From: Elsinoe ampelina
Lineage: Eukaryota
Reading direction: 5' to 3'
DNA length: 64,000 nucleotides
NCBI GenBank assembly: GCA_010093995.1
Contig: ML992502.1
Coordinates: 737,001-801,000, forward strand
Below the pieces are notes generated by a model. The model worked only from the letters and a program-made list of their open reading frames with translations. It was not told the origin of the DNA and made no database searches. Below, piece by piece: positions 48,509-61,657 of this stretch (position 1 is the stretch's first letter; every line of letters starts with the position of its first letter). Both the position numbers and the translations under genes were made by a program.

Positions 48509-51500
48509 TACGTCCTAAAAGCTATCTTCTACTCCTTGCTCTCCTTTATTTATACTTAATAATAGGCGTCTCTAATGTTAATTATAGTAAACTATTTAGC
48601 TCTAAGTAGTCGGTCTTAAAGTTTGTCGATCCTTAGTAGAGAATAGTAATTCTTCCTAGTAAGTATATTAAGTTTCTAGTAATTAATGTATATTTGTAAT
48701 ATTCTATCCTTTTTAGGTACAAAAAGTACTCCGTGCGTAATAGGTAATTTTAATAGTTATATAAATCCTTTAAGTAAGTACTTATCGATATAGTTCTTAA
48801 GAACGTCCTTCTCTTATTTCGATAGTAGTATAAGACCTTAATAGTGTATCGGGGATTTACTCTCTTTAAAGAGTATTTTATAATTCTATAGTTTATATTA
48901 GAGTAAGGCTATAATATTTTTTCTTTCTTTAAATAAGTCCTCGAAGTCTTTATATTCTAGCGGAAGTACTTAATTACTTATACTAGCAATAGCTCTAACT
49001 ATTAGTCGTACCTATACTATTCTTATAGTTAGTATTTATAGAGCTAATTATACTCTCTATGTTCTATAATTACACTTAGGAAATTTAAGTATTTCTTTAA
49101 TCTAGTCTATGTCTAGATTATGTTATTAAAGCTAGTCTATGCTAAGTACTATATTATACTATATGTCTACTATATTAATTAATTGTTTTTCTATGTGTGT
49201 TTCGATTTTAATTATAACATTTTATAGTTCCTAAGTAACTTTCTCGTCCTTCCCTATAGAGGTTCTATTTGCTATAGTAAGTAGGTAAGGTAACTCCTTC
49301 TAGTGTTAATAAGGTTTAAGCTAATTAGCAACTGTTATAGAGACGTAGCTATAGTTAGCTCCTAAATCTATTATTACTCTTACCTTACTCCTTTATATTT
49401 TAACTTCTAGTATAAAGTAGTTTAATATATAGCTCTTTATTATATTAAGGCTTTAGCTAGTATTATTGTCCTGCCTTATTAGGTAACAACTAGCTAGTTT
49501 TTTATCATTGTAGCTCCTTAGATAAGTAGCTAATCTCTTCTTACACGTATCTACTATTAGTACTATATCTATTAGGCAAGTTATGTTTTATTACTATTTA
49601 ATATAGTAAGGTAAACTTCTAGCGCCTAAGTCCCTTAGTAACTATAAAGTCTAATAATTCTCTACTAGTTATACTAAGTAGTGTTATATACCTATATTAG
49701 TATAACTATTCCTTCCGGGTGTAGCTAGGTATTAGTATTAAAGACAAAAACAAGTTATATAGATTTGTCTTGTTATGTCCTATTCTAGTAGTAAGTATAT
49801 ATTATTATATAATTCCTCTATATCCCTATAAGGTATACTTTAAGTTATTCGCCTAGTAGTAGTATATTGTTGTTATTATTATTATTATTAGATAAGTCCT
49901 TATCCGTGTTGTTATATTATAGTTGTTTAGTATATTCTTTGTTATATTTCTCTTCGTTACTACTACCTCTAGTATAGTTATAGTTAGTAAGGCTATACTA
50001 AGTATATTCTCTTACTTAGCTATAGGGGATAGTACTATCTATTTCAATTACCGAGAAGTCTGTAGTGTATTTAAGACTAATAGCTTCTTCTCTAAGTATA
50101 TCGTGTAAGTAGATAGTATAGTATTATTTACAATCTAGATTTGTATATTTCTAGAGTAATATATAATATGCCTTTCCTTATAGTTCGCTATAAGAGCTAA
50201 AGGTAAGGCTACTATATTATTATATAGCGCTTATGTTCTAATACTTCGTCTTAATAATTGTATATTAGTAATTATTGCTAACTACCTTCTAAGGTTAGTT
50301 ACTATTACTACTAATTATAGAGAGCTCTTCTAGGTTAGGTTCCTAGTCTAGCTATTTTATTAGTTGCCTACGCTTAGATAGCTTATATAGGAATTAACTA
50401 GATTCTTACTTATCTAATAAGTAAATATAACAAGAGTTATTATAATATACTATCTATAATAGCGTTGTATATTAGCTTTATTATTTACTATTAGTTATAG
50501 AGATATTAAGCATAATATTCGGAGAGGATTCTACTATCTCTTAAGTTATTATAGACTTCTTCTATGTTTCCTTACCTACACTAAAGGTCGTTAGGTCTTC
50601 TATAGTAGTATTAGCCTTTTTCTCTACTAGCCCGGCAACTATTATATATAATCTATCGGCTAGCGCCTCTTGTCGGTAGTCTCTAGCCTAATACCTAGGT
50701 CTTTTATACTTAAAATATAGATTGTCTTATCTATACTTCTCTCTCTCTTTTCTACTAAGAAACTTTCCTCTATAGCTATAGCCTTATACCTATAAGAGGT
50801 AGCCTTCGTATATAGTATTAAGTTCTATAGAGTCTCTATAGTTTCGAGAGAAATACATATATCTAGTGTTTACCTTATATTCTCTATAACGTTCTATATA
50901 TCGTTTATAAAGTCTATTATTAATAACAATTATAGTGTCTACTAATTCCTAAAGGCTATTAGGTAGCTTAAGTATTATTTAGTCTTTAACTAAGTCGCTT
51001 AGTCCTTAATAGAATACTAAGTGTTTAGTACTATTGTCCTAGTCTAGATATATTACAAGTTATTAGAACTAGGAATAGTACTAGGCTATAGACCTACGTT
51101 GTTATAGTTGTTAAATCTTCGTTATAGTAATACGTTCCTTATTAGATACGTTAAAGACTTACTTAATCTTTACCTAGAAGATGCTAAAGCTCTTAAAGAT
51201 AGCCTTTATATCTAGGCCTAGTTATCTATCTAGGTAGCTACTTATATAAGGCTCGAACTACCCGAAGGTAGCGCCTTTAAGGTGTATCCTAGCATAGAGG
51301 ACCTTTACTACGTTATTAGCGTACTTATCTCCCTCTAGGGCGAAGAAGGCTTTAAGTTAAACAAGAAAGCGCCTTAAGTAGGCGTAGTCCCCGTAGAAGA
51401 GTTCTACTTCTAACTTAGGCTTACTCTATCCTTCTATACTAAAAGACCTTCTATGTTTGCCCGAGGTTAAACTAGTAGTAGATATGTCGTTAATAGTAAG

Positions 51501-51601
51501 CTTTCCTAGCTTACTAGCGATTAAAGATACTAATAGTAACTTAGAGCAAGAGTTACTTATTAACCTCGTAGCGTGCTATACTATAGTAAGGGTAGTTAAA
51601 A

Positions 51602-52064
51602 TGTTACAAACTGTCTAAACATAGCCTACACTAGTAGTCTAAGCTAAGCTAAGAACAAGGTAGTTCTACTTCTATAGTAGTATAGTACTAAGGTAAGAGT
51701 TAGAGAAGGTATGTCTTATAGATAATAAAGTATAATTAGATAGTATTATAAAGGCTAGCCTTAGTAATACTAGTATTCGCTATCTAGATAAGGTTAACTA
51801 TAGTACTTATATAAGGTAAGGACTACTCCTATATATATATATTCTTTACTATATACTCTATATGCTCTATATACTCTATAGCGAGAGTTAGGGGTAATAT
51901 AGAGTGCACGTCCGCTAGTAACCTATATACTCTATAGTCCCTAGGGTAGAGCCGCTAGAGAAGATAGAGAACTAGGTAAACGTCGAGCTAAGTTACGTAA
52001 TAACCCTAGTAGTTTAATTAGTCCTAGCGTCTCTACGCTTTAGCTGTTCTACTAGTTCGTAACA
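51602..52064 (-). repeat. 5' LTR of Gypsy copy 3
   Basis: 463 bp, TGTTAC...GTTCGTAACA. Confidence 0.95.
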
Positions 52065-55000
52065 ATAATAATATTGTCTAAATATACTAAGACAAAGTCG
52101 TCGAGGTATTCTTATAGAGTGTTATTAATTAACTCTTAGAAGGTTATAGAAGCGTTAGTTAACCTAAAGAGTATAACGAGGTACTTGTATAGACTCTATT
52201 ACGTCCTAAAAGCTATCTTCTACTCCTTGCTCTCCTTTATTTATACTTAATAATAGGCGTCTCTAATGTTAATTATAGTAAACTATTTAGCTCTTAGTAG
52301 TCGGTCTTAAAGTTCGTCGATCCTTAGTAGGGGATAGTAATTCTTTCTAGTAAGTGTATTAAGTTTCTAGTAATTAATATATATTTATAACGTTCTATCC
52401 TTTTTAGGTGTAAAAAGCACTCCGTATGTAATAGGTAATTTTAATAGTCGTATAAATCCTTTAAGTAAGTACTTATTAATATAGTTCTTAAGAACGTTCT
52501 CCTTTTGTTTTAATAGTAGTATAAGACCTTAATAGTGTATTAGGGATTTACTCTCTTTAAAGAGTATTTCGTAATTCTATAGTTTATATTAGAGTAAGGC
52601 TATAATACCTTCTCTTTCTTTAAATAAGTTCTTAAAGTCTTTATATTTCAGCGGAAGTGCTTAATTACTTACGCTAGCGATAGCCCTAACTATTAGTCGT
52701 ACCTATACTATTCTTATAGTTAGTATCTATAGAGCTAATTATGCTCTCTACGTTCTATAATTATACTTAGGGAATTTAAGTGTTTCTTTAATCTAGTCTA
52801 CGTCTAGATTATATTATTAAAGCTAGTCTATGCTAAGTACTATATTATACTATATATCTACTATATTAATTAATTGTTTTTCTATATATGTTTTAATTTT
52901 AATTATAATATTTTATAGTTCCTAAGTAACTTTCTTATCCTTCCCTATAGAGGTTCTATCTACTATAGTAAGTAGGTAAAGTAACTCCTTCTAGTATTAA
53001 TAAGGTTTAAGCTAATTAGTAACTATTATAGAGACGTAGCTATAGTTAGCTTCTAAATCTATTATTACTCTTACCTTACTCTTTTATATTTTAACTTCTA
53101 GTATAAAGTAGTTTAACATATAGATCTTTATTATATTAAGGCTTTAGCTAGTGTTATTATCTTACCTTATTAGGTAATAACTAGCTAGTTTTTTGTTATT
53201 ATAGCTCCTTAGATAAGTAGCTAATCCCTTCCTATACGTATCTACTATTAGTACTATATCTATTAGGTAAGTTATGTTTTGTTACTATTTAATATAGTAA
53301 GGTAAACTTCTAGCGCCTAAGTCCCTTAGTAACTATAAAGTCTAATAATTCTCTACTAGTTACACTAAGTAGTGTTATATACTTATATTAGTATAACTAT
53401 TCCTTCTAGGTATAGCTAGGCGTTAGTATTAAAGACAAAAACAAGTTATATAGATTCGTCTTATTATATCCTATTCTAGTAGTAGATATATATTATTATA
53501 TAATTCCTCTATATCCCTATAAGGTATACTTTAAGTTGTCTACCTAGTAGTAGTATATTATTGTTGTTATTATTATTATTAGATAAGTTCTTATCTATGT
53601 TATTATATTATAGTTGTTTAGTATATTCTTTATTATATTTCTCTTCGTCGCTACTGCCTCTAGTATAGTTATAGTTAGTAAGGCTATACTAAGTATATTC
53701 TCTTACTTAGCTATAGGGGATAGTACTACCTATTTCGATTACTAAGAAGTCTATAGTGTATTTAAGACTAATAGCCTTTTCTCTAAGTATATCGTATAAG
53801 TAGATAGTATAGTACTATTTATAATTTAGATTTATATATTTCTAGAGTAATATATAATATACCTTTCCTTATAGTTTGCTATAAGGGCTAAAGGTAAGGC
53901 TACTATATTATTATATAGCACTTACGTCCTAATACTTCGTCTTAATAATTATATATTAGTAATTATTACTAACTACCTTCTAAGGTTAGTTACTATTACT
54001 ACTAATTATAGAGAGCCTTTCTAGGTTAGATTCCTAGTCTAGCTATTTTGTTAGTTGCCTACGCTTAGATAGCTTATATAGGAACTAACTAGATCCCTAC
54101 TTGTTTAATAAGTAAATATAATAAGAGTTATTATAATATGCTATCTATAATAGCGTTGCGTATTAGCTTTATCGTTTGCTATTAGTTATAGAGATATTAA
54201 GTATAATATCTAGAGAGGATTCTACTACCTCTTAAGTTATTATAGACTTCTTCTATGTTTCCTTACCTACGCTAAAGGTTATTAGGTCTTCTATAGTAGT
54301 ATTAGCCTTTTTCTCTACTAGCCTAGCAACTATTATATATAATCTATTAGCTAGCGCCCCTTATTAGTAGTCCTTAGCTTAATGCCTAGGTCTTTTATAC
54401 TTAAAATATAAGTTGTCTTATTTATACTTCTCTCTCTCTTTTCTACTAAGGAACTTTCCTTTACGGCCGTAGCCTTATACCTATAAGGGGTAGCCTTTGC
54501 GTATAGTATTAAGTTCTATAGAGTCTCTATAGTTTCGGGAGGAACGTATATATCTAGTATTTACCTTATATCCTCTATAATGTTCTATATGTCGTTTATA
54601 AAGTCTATTATCGATAGTAATTATAGTGTCTACTAATTCTTAAAGGCTATCGGGCAGCTCGAGTATTATTTAGTCTTTAACTAAGTTGCTTAGTCCTTAA
54701 TAGAATACTAAGTGTTTAGTACTATTGTCCTAGTCTAGATACATTATAAGTTATTAGAACTAGGAATAGTACTAGGCTATAGACCTACGTTATTATAGTT
54801 GTTAGATCTTCGTTATAGCGATACGTTCCTTATTAGATACGTTAAAGACTTACTTAATCTTTGCCTAGAAGATGCTAAAGCTCTTAAAGATAGCCTTTAT
54901 ATCTAGGCCTAGTTATCTATCTAGGTAGCTACTTATATAAGGCTTAAACTACTCAAAGGCGGCGCCTTTAAGGTATATCCTAGCATAGAGGACCTTTGCT

Positions 55001-55292
55001 ACGTCGTTAGTATACTTGTCTCTCTCTAGAGCGAAGAAGGCTTTAAGTTAAACAAGAAAGCGCCTTAAGTAGGCGTAGTCTCTATAGAAGAGTTCTACTT
55101 CTAACTTAGACTTACTTCGTCCTTCTATACTAAAAGACCTTCTATGTTCGCCTAAGGTTAAACTAGTAGTAGACATGTCATTAATAGTAAGCTTTCCTAG
55201 CTTACTAGTAATTGAAGATGCTAATAGTAACTTAGAGTAAGAGTTACTTATTAACCTTATAGCGTACTATACTATAGTAAGGGTAGTTAAAA

Positions 55293-55755
55293 TGTTACGA
55301 ACTGTCTAAATATAGCCTATACTAGTAGTCTAAGCTAAGCTAAGAACAAGGTAGTTTTACTTCTATAGTAGTATAGTACTAAGGTAAGAGTCGGAGAAGG
55401 TATATCTTATAGATAATAAAGTATAATTAGATAGTATTATAAAGGCTAGCCTTAGTAATACTAGTGTTCGCTATCTAGACAAGGTTAACTATAGTACTTA
55501 TATAAGGTAAGGACTACTCCTATATATATATGTTCTTTACTATGTACTCTATATGCTTTATATACTCTATAGCGAGAGTCGGGGGCAATATAGAGTATAT
55601 GTCCGCTAGTAACCTATATACTCTATAGTCCCTAGGGTAGAGCTACTAGAGAAGATAGAGAACTAAGTAAACGTTAGGCTAGGTCACGTAATAACCCTAG
55701 TAGTTTAATTAGTCCTAGCGTCTCTACACTTTAGCTGTTCTACTAGTTCGTAACA
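55293..55755 (-). repeat. 5' LTR of Gypsy copy 2
   Basis: 463 bp with an 11-bp terminal inverted repeat TGTTACGAACT...AGTTCGTAACA. Confidence 0.96.
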
Positions 55756-55760
55756 ATTGT

Positions 55761-57523
55761 CTATTACGCTACGTAAATTAGTATCTATATTAGCTACTAT
55801 AAACTAGGTAAAAGTGCCTATTTTAACTACTAAGATAGTAAGGTATCTAACTCGCTTAATTCGATCTAGCTCGTGTAACTATCTTAGAGCGATACTAGCG
55901 CTTAAAAGGGCTAATTTAGCTTTAAATCTAGTATAGAAGGCCTTTATTAAAGGCCTAAGTATCTCTCTACCTATCTAAGCGTATATCTCTTATACTATCG
56001 AGGTTATAATTCTCCTTCTTTAGCTTGAATTTAACCTAATCTAGTACCTAAATATCTCTTTTAAAGCTTCTCTTTCTCTTTATCTACTTAAAGAATTTAG
56101 TTAAAACTTTATAAGGGTTAGCCTTAGAGGTAATAGGTAAGGATCTTAAGTCGTTTATAGGCCCTAAGCGCTACTATAGCTAGTAAGAAGCAATCGAGTT
56201 TATAATATTAATATAGTTAATAGGTGTTAGAGAGAGTATAAAAGGCGCTAAAGATGCTAAAGGCGTTAGTGTCGATAGTGTTAGTAGAGCGCTTTTAATA
56301 CTCCTTAAGGCCTTTAAGCAATTAAGGCTTAATATAAGGCCTATAGAAGAACAATTAATAGTAGCTTTACTATCGTAAATAGTAGTAGCCTAGGTATACT
56401 TATCCTTCGTTACAATCTAGTAGTGCTTACTAGTTAATATACGCTAGTATAACCTCTTATAGTTGTAGTAATTACAATTAGTACAAGTCTATACTAACTC
56501 TAATAGAGGCTCCTTATTACTATTTACGCCCTCGAGCGTACTACGTAATTAGCTTATCGCCGAGCCTCGACCTTATAATAGCGGCGCTAGCTACACTACC
56601 TATAAAGATAGTAGTATTATACTAGCTACTAGAGTTTATACTGTCCTTACTAGCGTTAATCTAAGAGAGGATTACTATAAAGGTAGTAGTAGTAGACCTA
56701 TTAAAGAGCTTAGAACTAGTATAGTTAAAGGTAGTTATACAACTCTTAAATTTACTATAGAGTTTATAGCTATTAGTACCTTCTTTATCTCGGTAGTAAG
56801 GCCGAGCCTAAGCTACTAGTAATTCTTAGTAAGCTAATCTTTAAGCTTATTAACTAGCCTCTATATCTTAGCTAGCTCTAATATCGCTACTCTAAATAGC
56901 TACTATATACTAAGACGCTTATAGGTAGTAGCGTAATTAAGTAAAAGTAGCTTAAGTATAGCTTAAGTAATAAGACTACCTTTCTCTACTACCTAATTAG
57001 CTAGTACTAACTACGATAGATTACTCGGCTAGCTAAATATATGCTTGTTATAGTATAGAGTCTTACTTCCGAGCTTTACTACTAGCCTTACCTCTACTAT
57101 CTAACTAAGATAGAGCGTATCTAAGTCGCTAGAATTAGTCTCTAGTAACTCTGGCACTTATAATAACTATAGTACCTCTATTACCTATATATCTAGCTCT
57201 TTCTCTAGTGCTATATTTAACTTAATTAACTATCTTAGCTAGTCTAGTGTAGGTGTTAGAAACCTTAATTAAAGAGATAGCTACTAAGATCTAGCTTATA
57301 AAGGTAGTATAACTTAGTTTATAGCTTACTCTATAAGCCTCTAAAGAGCTAGGTTAGTAGATGCAACCTCTAGATAAGGTGCTACCTACGCTAGCGCTAG
57401 TATATAGCTCTTTAGCTAGATAGTTAAACTATAACGAAGGTTATCTAGTACCTTCTCTAATAAGCTTAAGAAGTGTCTTAAAGAAGAAGAGACTAGTAGT
57501 AACAACAAAGGAGTAGAGGATAT
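55761..57523 (-). pseudogene. second ORF of the Tc1-type element (RIP-destroyed; probably continues at ~41890-41730)
   Basis: One frame from ATA (ATG) at 57523 reads as protein-like for ~590 codons, including W-T-C-x4-C-x-N-x4-C-W-x6-H and a helical C-terminal block (EVLTEFFEW...ENYDLD). Depends on de-RIP reconstruction. Confidence 0.6.
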
Positions 57524-57765
57524 CGTAATTGCCTCCTGTGCTGCCCTTAAAGGTTTCTTTACATAGCTAGAGCAATAGTTAGTTATAGAAGAAGAACACT
57601 TACGAGCTATAATTTAGTAACGTTAGTGTATACTAACTAGTCTATTACACCTTTTTTCAGCTTTAATTTCATTTAAATAGACGGCGTTGTCAAGCTATTC
57701 GACTCTATATTCTCTCTAGACCTCTAGCCAGCCAATTTTGGTGAGCAGAAGTCGGTGAAGAGTAC

Positions 57766-57805
57766 CGCCAAGCCCGGGGTGGCTCGGTTGAACTCAAAAC
57801 GACTG
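57766..57805 (-). repeat. right TIR (perfect 40-bp core)
   Basis: Reverse complement of 40533-40572, followed by TA. Confidence 0.97.
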
Positions 57806-58269
57806 TATCCTCTGGCCCCCACGTCGGCCTCTCCATCCAATCGTCGTCTCCCGCACTTGATTGATCGTCCCGCGCTACGAACATGCGCTCCTCTTCCCTT
57901 CTTGACTTGCTCGTCTCACCCTGTCGGACGCTCGTCGCACCAGCATTACTGAACATACCAAGGACATCCGATTGTCGCGCACACCGAATAAGCTGAAGAA
58001 TCTGCCATCTACATCTTTCCTCCCGCCTCCAGACGTCACCATTCCTCCTCAAGCATAGCGAAATTTCCGAAATCGATCACAGCACTGTACCATTCCCCTT
58101 CAAGATCCATGCAGGGCTTCTGATCACAGCTCGCGCACCAATACTGCACCGAGTCCTCACACCTAGACCGGTGCGCCTCATGTTACAGCGCAGCGTGCGT
58201 TGCTAGCAGGCCACCGCGGCGCACCACTTCCACCACCTATATCGAAGAGCAGGAGCGGGGTGTTTCAAG

Positions 58270-59968
58270 ATGGACGGGTTCGACACTTCAACCATGACCT
58301 ATATGGCGTCCGCCATGCACATGCCGCCTGTAACGGATCAAGATGGATTTTCGAAGCCGGGTCTGGCACCCATGGAGATGCATGACATGTACTCCAATTT
58401 TGACATGTCCACGTTCGCTGGGTATGTTACACTGTGCGAATTGTTCCACTGGAACAAAACTGATGTGGGATAGAAGCGAGGACTTTACATTTCATCCGCA
58501 TGGCATGCATCCCTCCGTTTCACCTGGGCTCAGGAGGATGCAAAGTACTTTTGAAGATCAGTTCTCAGATGTCATAAGTGCAGTCGAGACACAGACAAAC
58601 CACGAAGCACAAGACCCGGAAGCGACGATAGACAGGGACAACAAGCTTCTCAGCTTTTCGACACCATCATTTGACCATGTGCTATTAGACTACGCTTTTC
58701 GGTCCACGACCATATCGCTTGGCGCACAATTACACGGCATGTTCTTCCTTGCCGAATCACCCTGGGGAACGACAGCTGATGCAGTCCCACCGCCATCGGA
58801 GCTGACATGCTACCGCCGGAATTTGTTTCAGATCACTGGCAGCATTACCTTACCTCGTGGTCTACGATACATCCTTACGCCTTCTGGAGAGCAGCTGCCC
58901 ATTATTGGGCAAGAACTGACAGTCTCAGCCACTGAGTCTACCGAAGGAAACCCCGTAAAGATAATCTCGGTACCGTGGAAGACCCCTATCAATCCAACGC
59001 AAGCGCCGGCAGACGACAAGACCGAGCGAGAACCACCGACAATACCAATAGACTTAAACAATGCGCAAGACATGGACTCGGAGTTTGCACAATATCCATT
59101 TCAATGGAAGCGGCTCCAGTTCCGGATCGCCACCGCGAATAATGGCAGAAGGAAGGAATTACAGCAACACTTTGTCGTTCGTCTCAAAGTCCTTGCAACT
59201 CTCTCGAATGGTTCCAAGATGCCAATCTGCGAAGTTCGGTCAAGTCCAGTCATCGTACGCGGAAGAAGTCCCCGAAATTTCCAGTCTCGTAAAGATACTC
59301 CACTCAACGGGACTGCCAGCCATGCTCGAAAGGCTGGAACCTCGAATCCTCAGCCTCAAAACAACCGTACCACATCTGGAGACGCAGTCACCAAGGCAGC
59401 TCAAGCGAATGGTAATACCGCTCTAAAGGTCGAGGCAGTACAGCCAGCGCAATCCGTCATCTCTTGTTACGAACCCGATTTCCAGAACGGGCAAGACTTT
59501 TACGACGGCATCAGGACGAACACCATGCAGCAAGGCACCATGATAGCTGTCCCTCAAGAGCCCTTTGCCCTGGACCGGCACTTGGGCTATGCAGCTTCGT
59601 CCCCGGACATTAGTCGGCAGATGAGACCGCTCCCACATACATCACAACCGATCAATCTCTCACTTGTCGAGGACGATCCACCGAAGATGGTCGTCCCAAA
59701 AGATTTGGCCCCACCCTCGAAACGACCATCGATACCACCGCCCCGCCCGCCCAGCTTTAGCATAAACTCGGTCAGCACGCCAGACGAGAGCGCTGACTTG
59801 TTATACGAGTACTTCCCACTCGGACTGGACGATTGGATGCCGGCAGTACATGGAGTCTTCCGACCCCACGCGATCCACCACATCAAAGTTGCGGTTGACC
59901 CACGAGACCCGAGTGCAGTCCCTGCTCGCGGGCGAAGCAAGAGGTACTTTAGCGAGGCAGGAATGTGA
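58270..59968 (+). CDS. xprG: Ndt80/PhoG-family transcription factor, XprG/RON1/VIB-1 subgroup
   Basis: AQLHGMFFLAE, LTCYRRNLFQ, RLQFRIATANNGRRKELQQHF, VRGRSPRNF and YEYFPLGLDDW; exon 1 58270-58421, intron 58422-58473. Confidence 0.9.
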
Positions 59969-61657
59969 CTGAGGTTTCAGCGATGCCAGGCAAATTGTTC
60001 CTCGAGCATTCAGATGGCAGAGATGCAGCAAGGTACGGGACCAGTCCGATTATGATACCACAGTTTCTTTAATTGTATACCCCATGTAACGGCAGAAAGT
60101 CACATATGCGAGACAGATCTTTGCAATGCATCATGCCCATCATTCCGTTCCGAGTGACCCAAAGCATCTGCTGGTAGTTTGCATGGACGTACATGTATGG
60201 CAGACGTCATCCTGCATGGTGGGTGTGGTCCTCCGGCGCTTGTAGAAGTTTCCGGCTTGGTGTGACACAGGCGTCCTCCATCAACGACGTGAACCACGCT
60301 TGACATCTTCGACGCATTTGCAAGTATGCTACAGCGATCACTCACCCCTCCATGTGTGGTTGTCGTTCTGGACAACAGGTGGTTGAACACACCCGTACGA
60401 GGCATGTTCGTACGAAGTGTGCCTCCATAATCGGAAGCTCAAGATATCCCGCAGAGAAGGTCCTACCGACTTGAAGAAAGCAAGGGCATGATAATTGAGT
60501 AGATGTAGACTTGGTCCTGGTAGGATCTTTGGAGGAGCTCTTCGCTCTCACACCGTACCTGAGCGCCGCAGAAAGTCCGGCATTTACCTATGGCTCGTCT
60601 CATGCACTACGAACGCATGATCAGAGGTGCAGTCCGCTATGACAAGATCGGCATTCAAGTACTACCTGCAGACTTCATATTACCAAGATCTGAGGATGAA
60701 ATAGAGTCTTTGGAAAAATAAACATACAAGAATGCTGGGAGGGCGGTGGATAGCATCTTCGACGACATATGGTGCACATACTTCGTTGACTCCTGTAGGA
60801 AATGACAAAGCATGACACCCACTGCAAGATGTGCCCAACTCAAGATAGTCCTCTGATACTATCATCTTCTCAAGATAACTTGATATCTTTGATATGACGA
60901 GAAAGACGAGATAGACGAGGACAAACCTGAGTAGTGCCACGAAAAGCGCCTTTAACGACCCACCGTAGCTGATAGATGCATGTGGCATACGACTGCCATA
61001 CACGAGACGAGTGAGTGGCAAGCACTGCGAGATGCCGACCCACGATCGAAGGATAGTGATCAAGTATCGCTAGGATTTCAAGCAGCCATGAGCACCTTTC
61101 ACAGCACTCCGAACCTATCGATCTTTGACTCGTGCAGACCACGCCTGGTAATACTTTCTGACAGCTCGGAGGCGTACAGACCGCTTATCTCGTGCGACAC
61201 AGATGCATGTCACCTCACGGAAGGGACAGTGACAATCGCATGGATCGTGACGGAGCTCGTGAACAACGCAGAGTGACAGCAGGAAACAAACCATACAATT
61301 CTTCGCACCATTCTTCGCGCCAAAACATCCCTGCATCCTCGTGTTTCTTGTCAGCACAGACTAGTGCCCTGATTGGCCCCGTCTCAGCAAGGACGGACCG
61401 AATTGAGGATCGTCATGCACGCCCGAACCTTGATCGCTTTTTGTGCGGAGAGGGCGAGGAAAATCCATGCACGTCGCAAGGGCCGAAGGGACCCTGCTCC
61501 ATCTAATCTTTGCGCTAATTTGGCTCTTTATCGCCATGCCGAATGCTCGTCTTACCTATCTTTGTCTGAACCGTGAACCATATTTTGCAGCTCATCCGTC
61601 TCCTCTTCACCTTCAATCTTTCTCTACCTCCGCCACAACACACGATCCTCTCTCACC

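Larger units (their letters stand above)
45234..52064 (-). mobile_element. Gypsy copy 3 (inner), same family and orientation as copy 2
   Basis: LTRs at 45234-45696 and 51602-52064; TSD ATAAC (45229-45233) versus ATAAT (52065-52069), differing by one CpA>TpA change. Confidence 0.95.
41896..55755 (-). mobile_element. Gypsy copy 2 (outer), ~7.0 kb, interrupted by copy 3
   Basis: LTRs at 41896-42358 and 55293-55755; TSD ATTGT at 41891-41895 and 55756-55760. The internal halves 42359-45233 and 52070-55292 join colinearly with copy 1. Confidence 0.96.
40533..57805 (+). mobile_element. Tc1/IS630-type (DD34E) DNA transposon, ~3.4 kb once the nested Gypsy copies are removed, RIP-inactivated
   Basis: TA at 40531-40532 and 57806-57807. 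Perfect 40-bp TIRs (CAGTCGTTTTGAGTTCAACCGAGCCACCCCGGGCTTGGCG) extend imperfectly to ~40667 and ~57642. Contains a transposase remnant. Confidence 0.95.

Noticed and set aside
49923..50108. 61-aa ORF in the AT-rich block
   Set aside because: Chance antisense frame within the RIP-mutated gag of copy 3.
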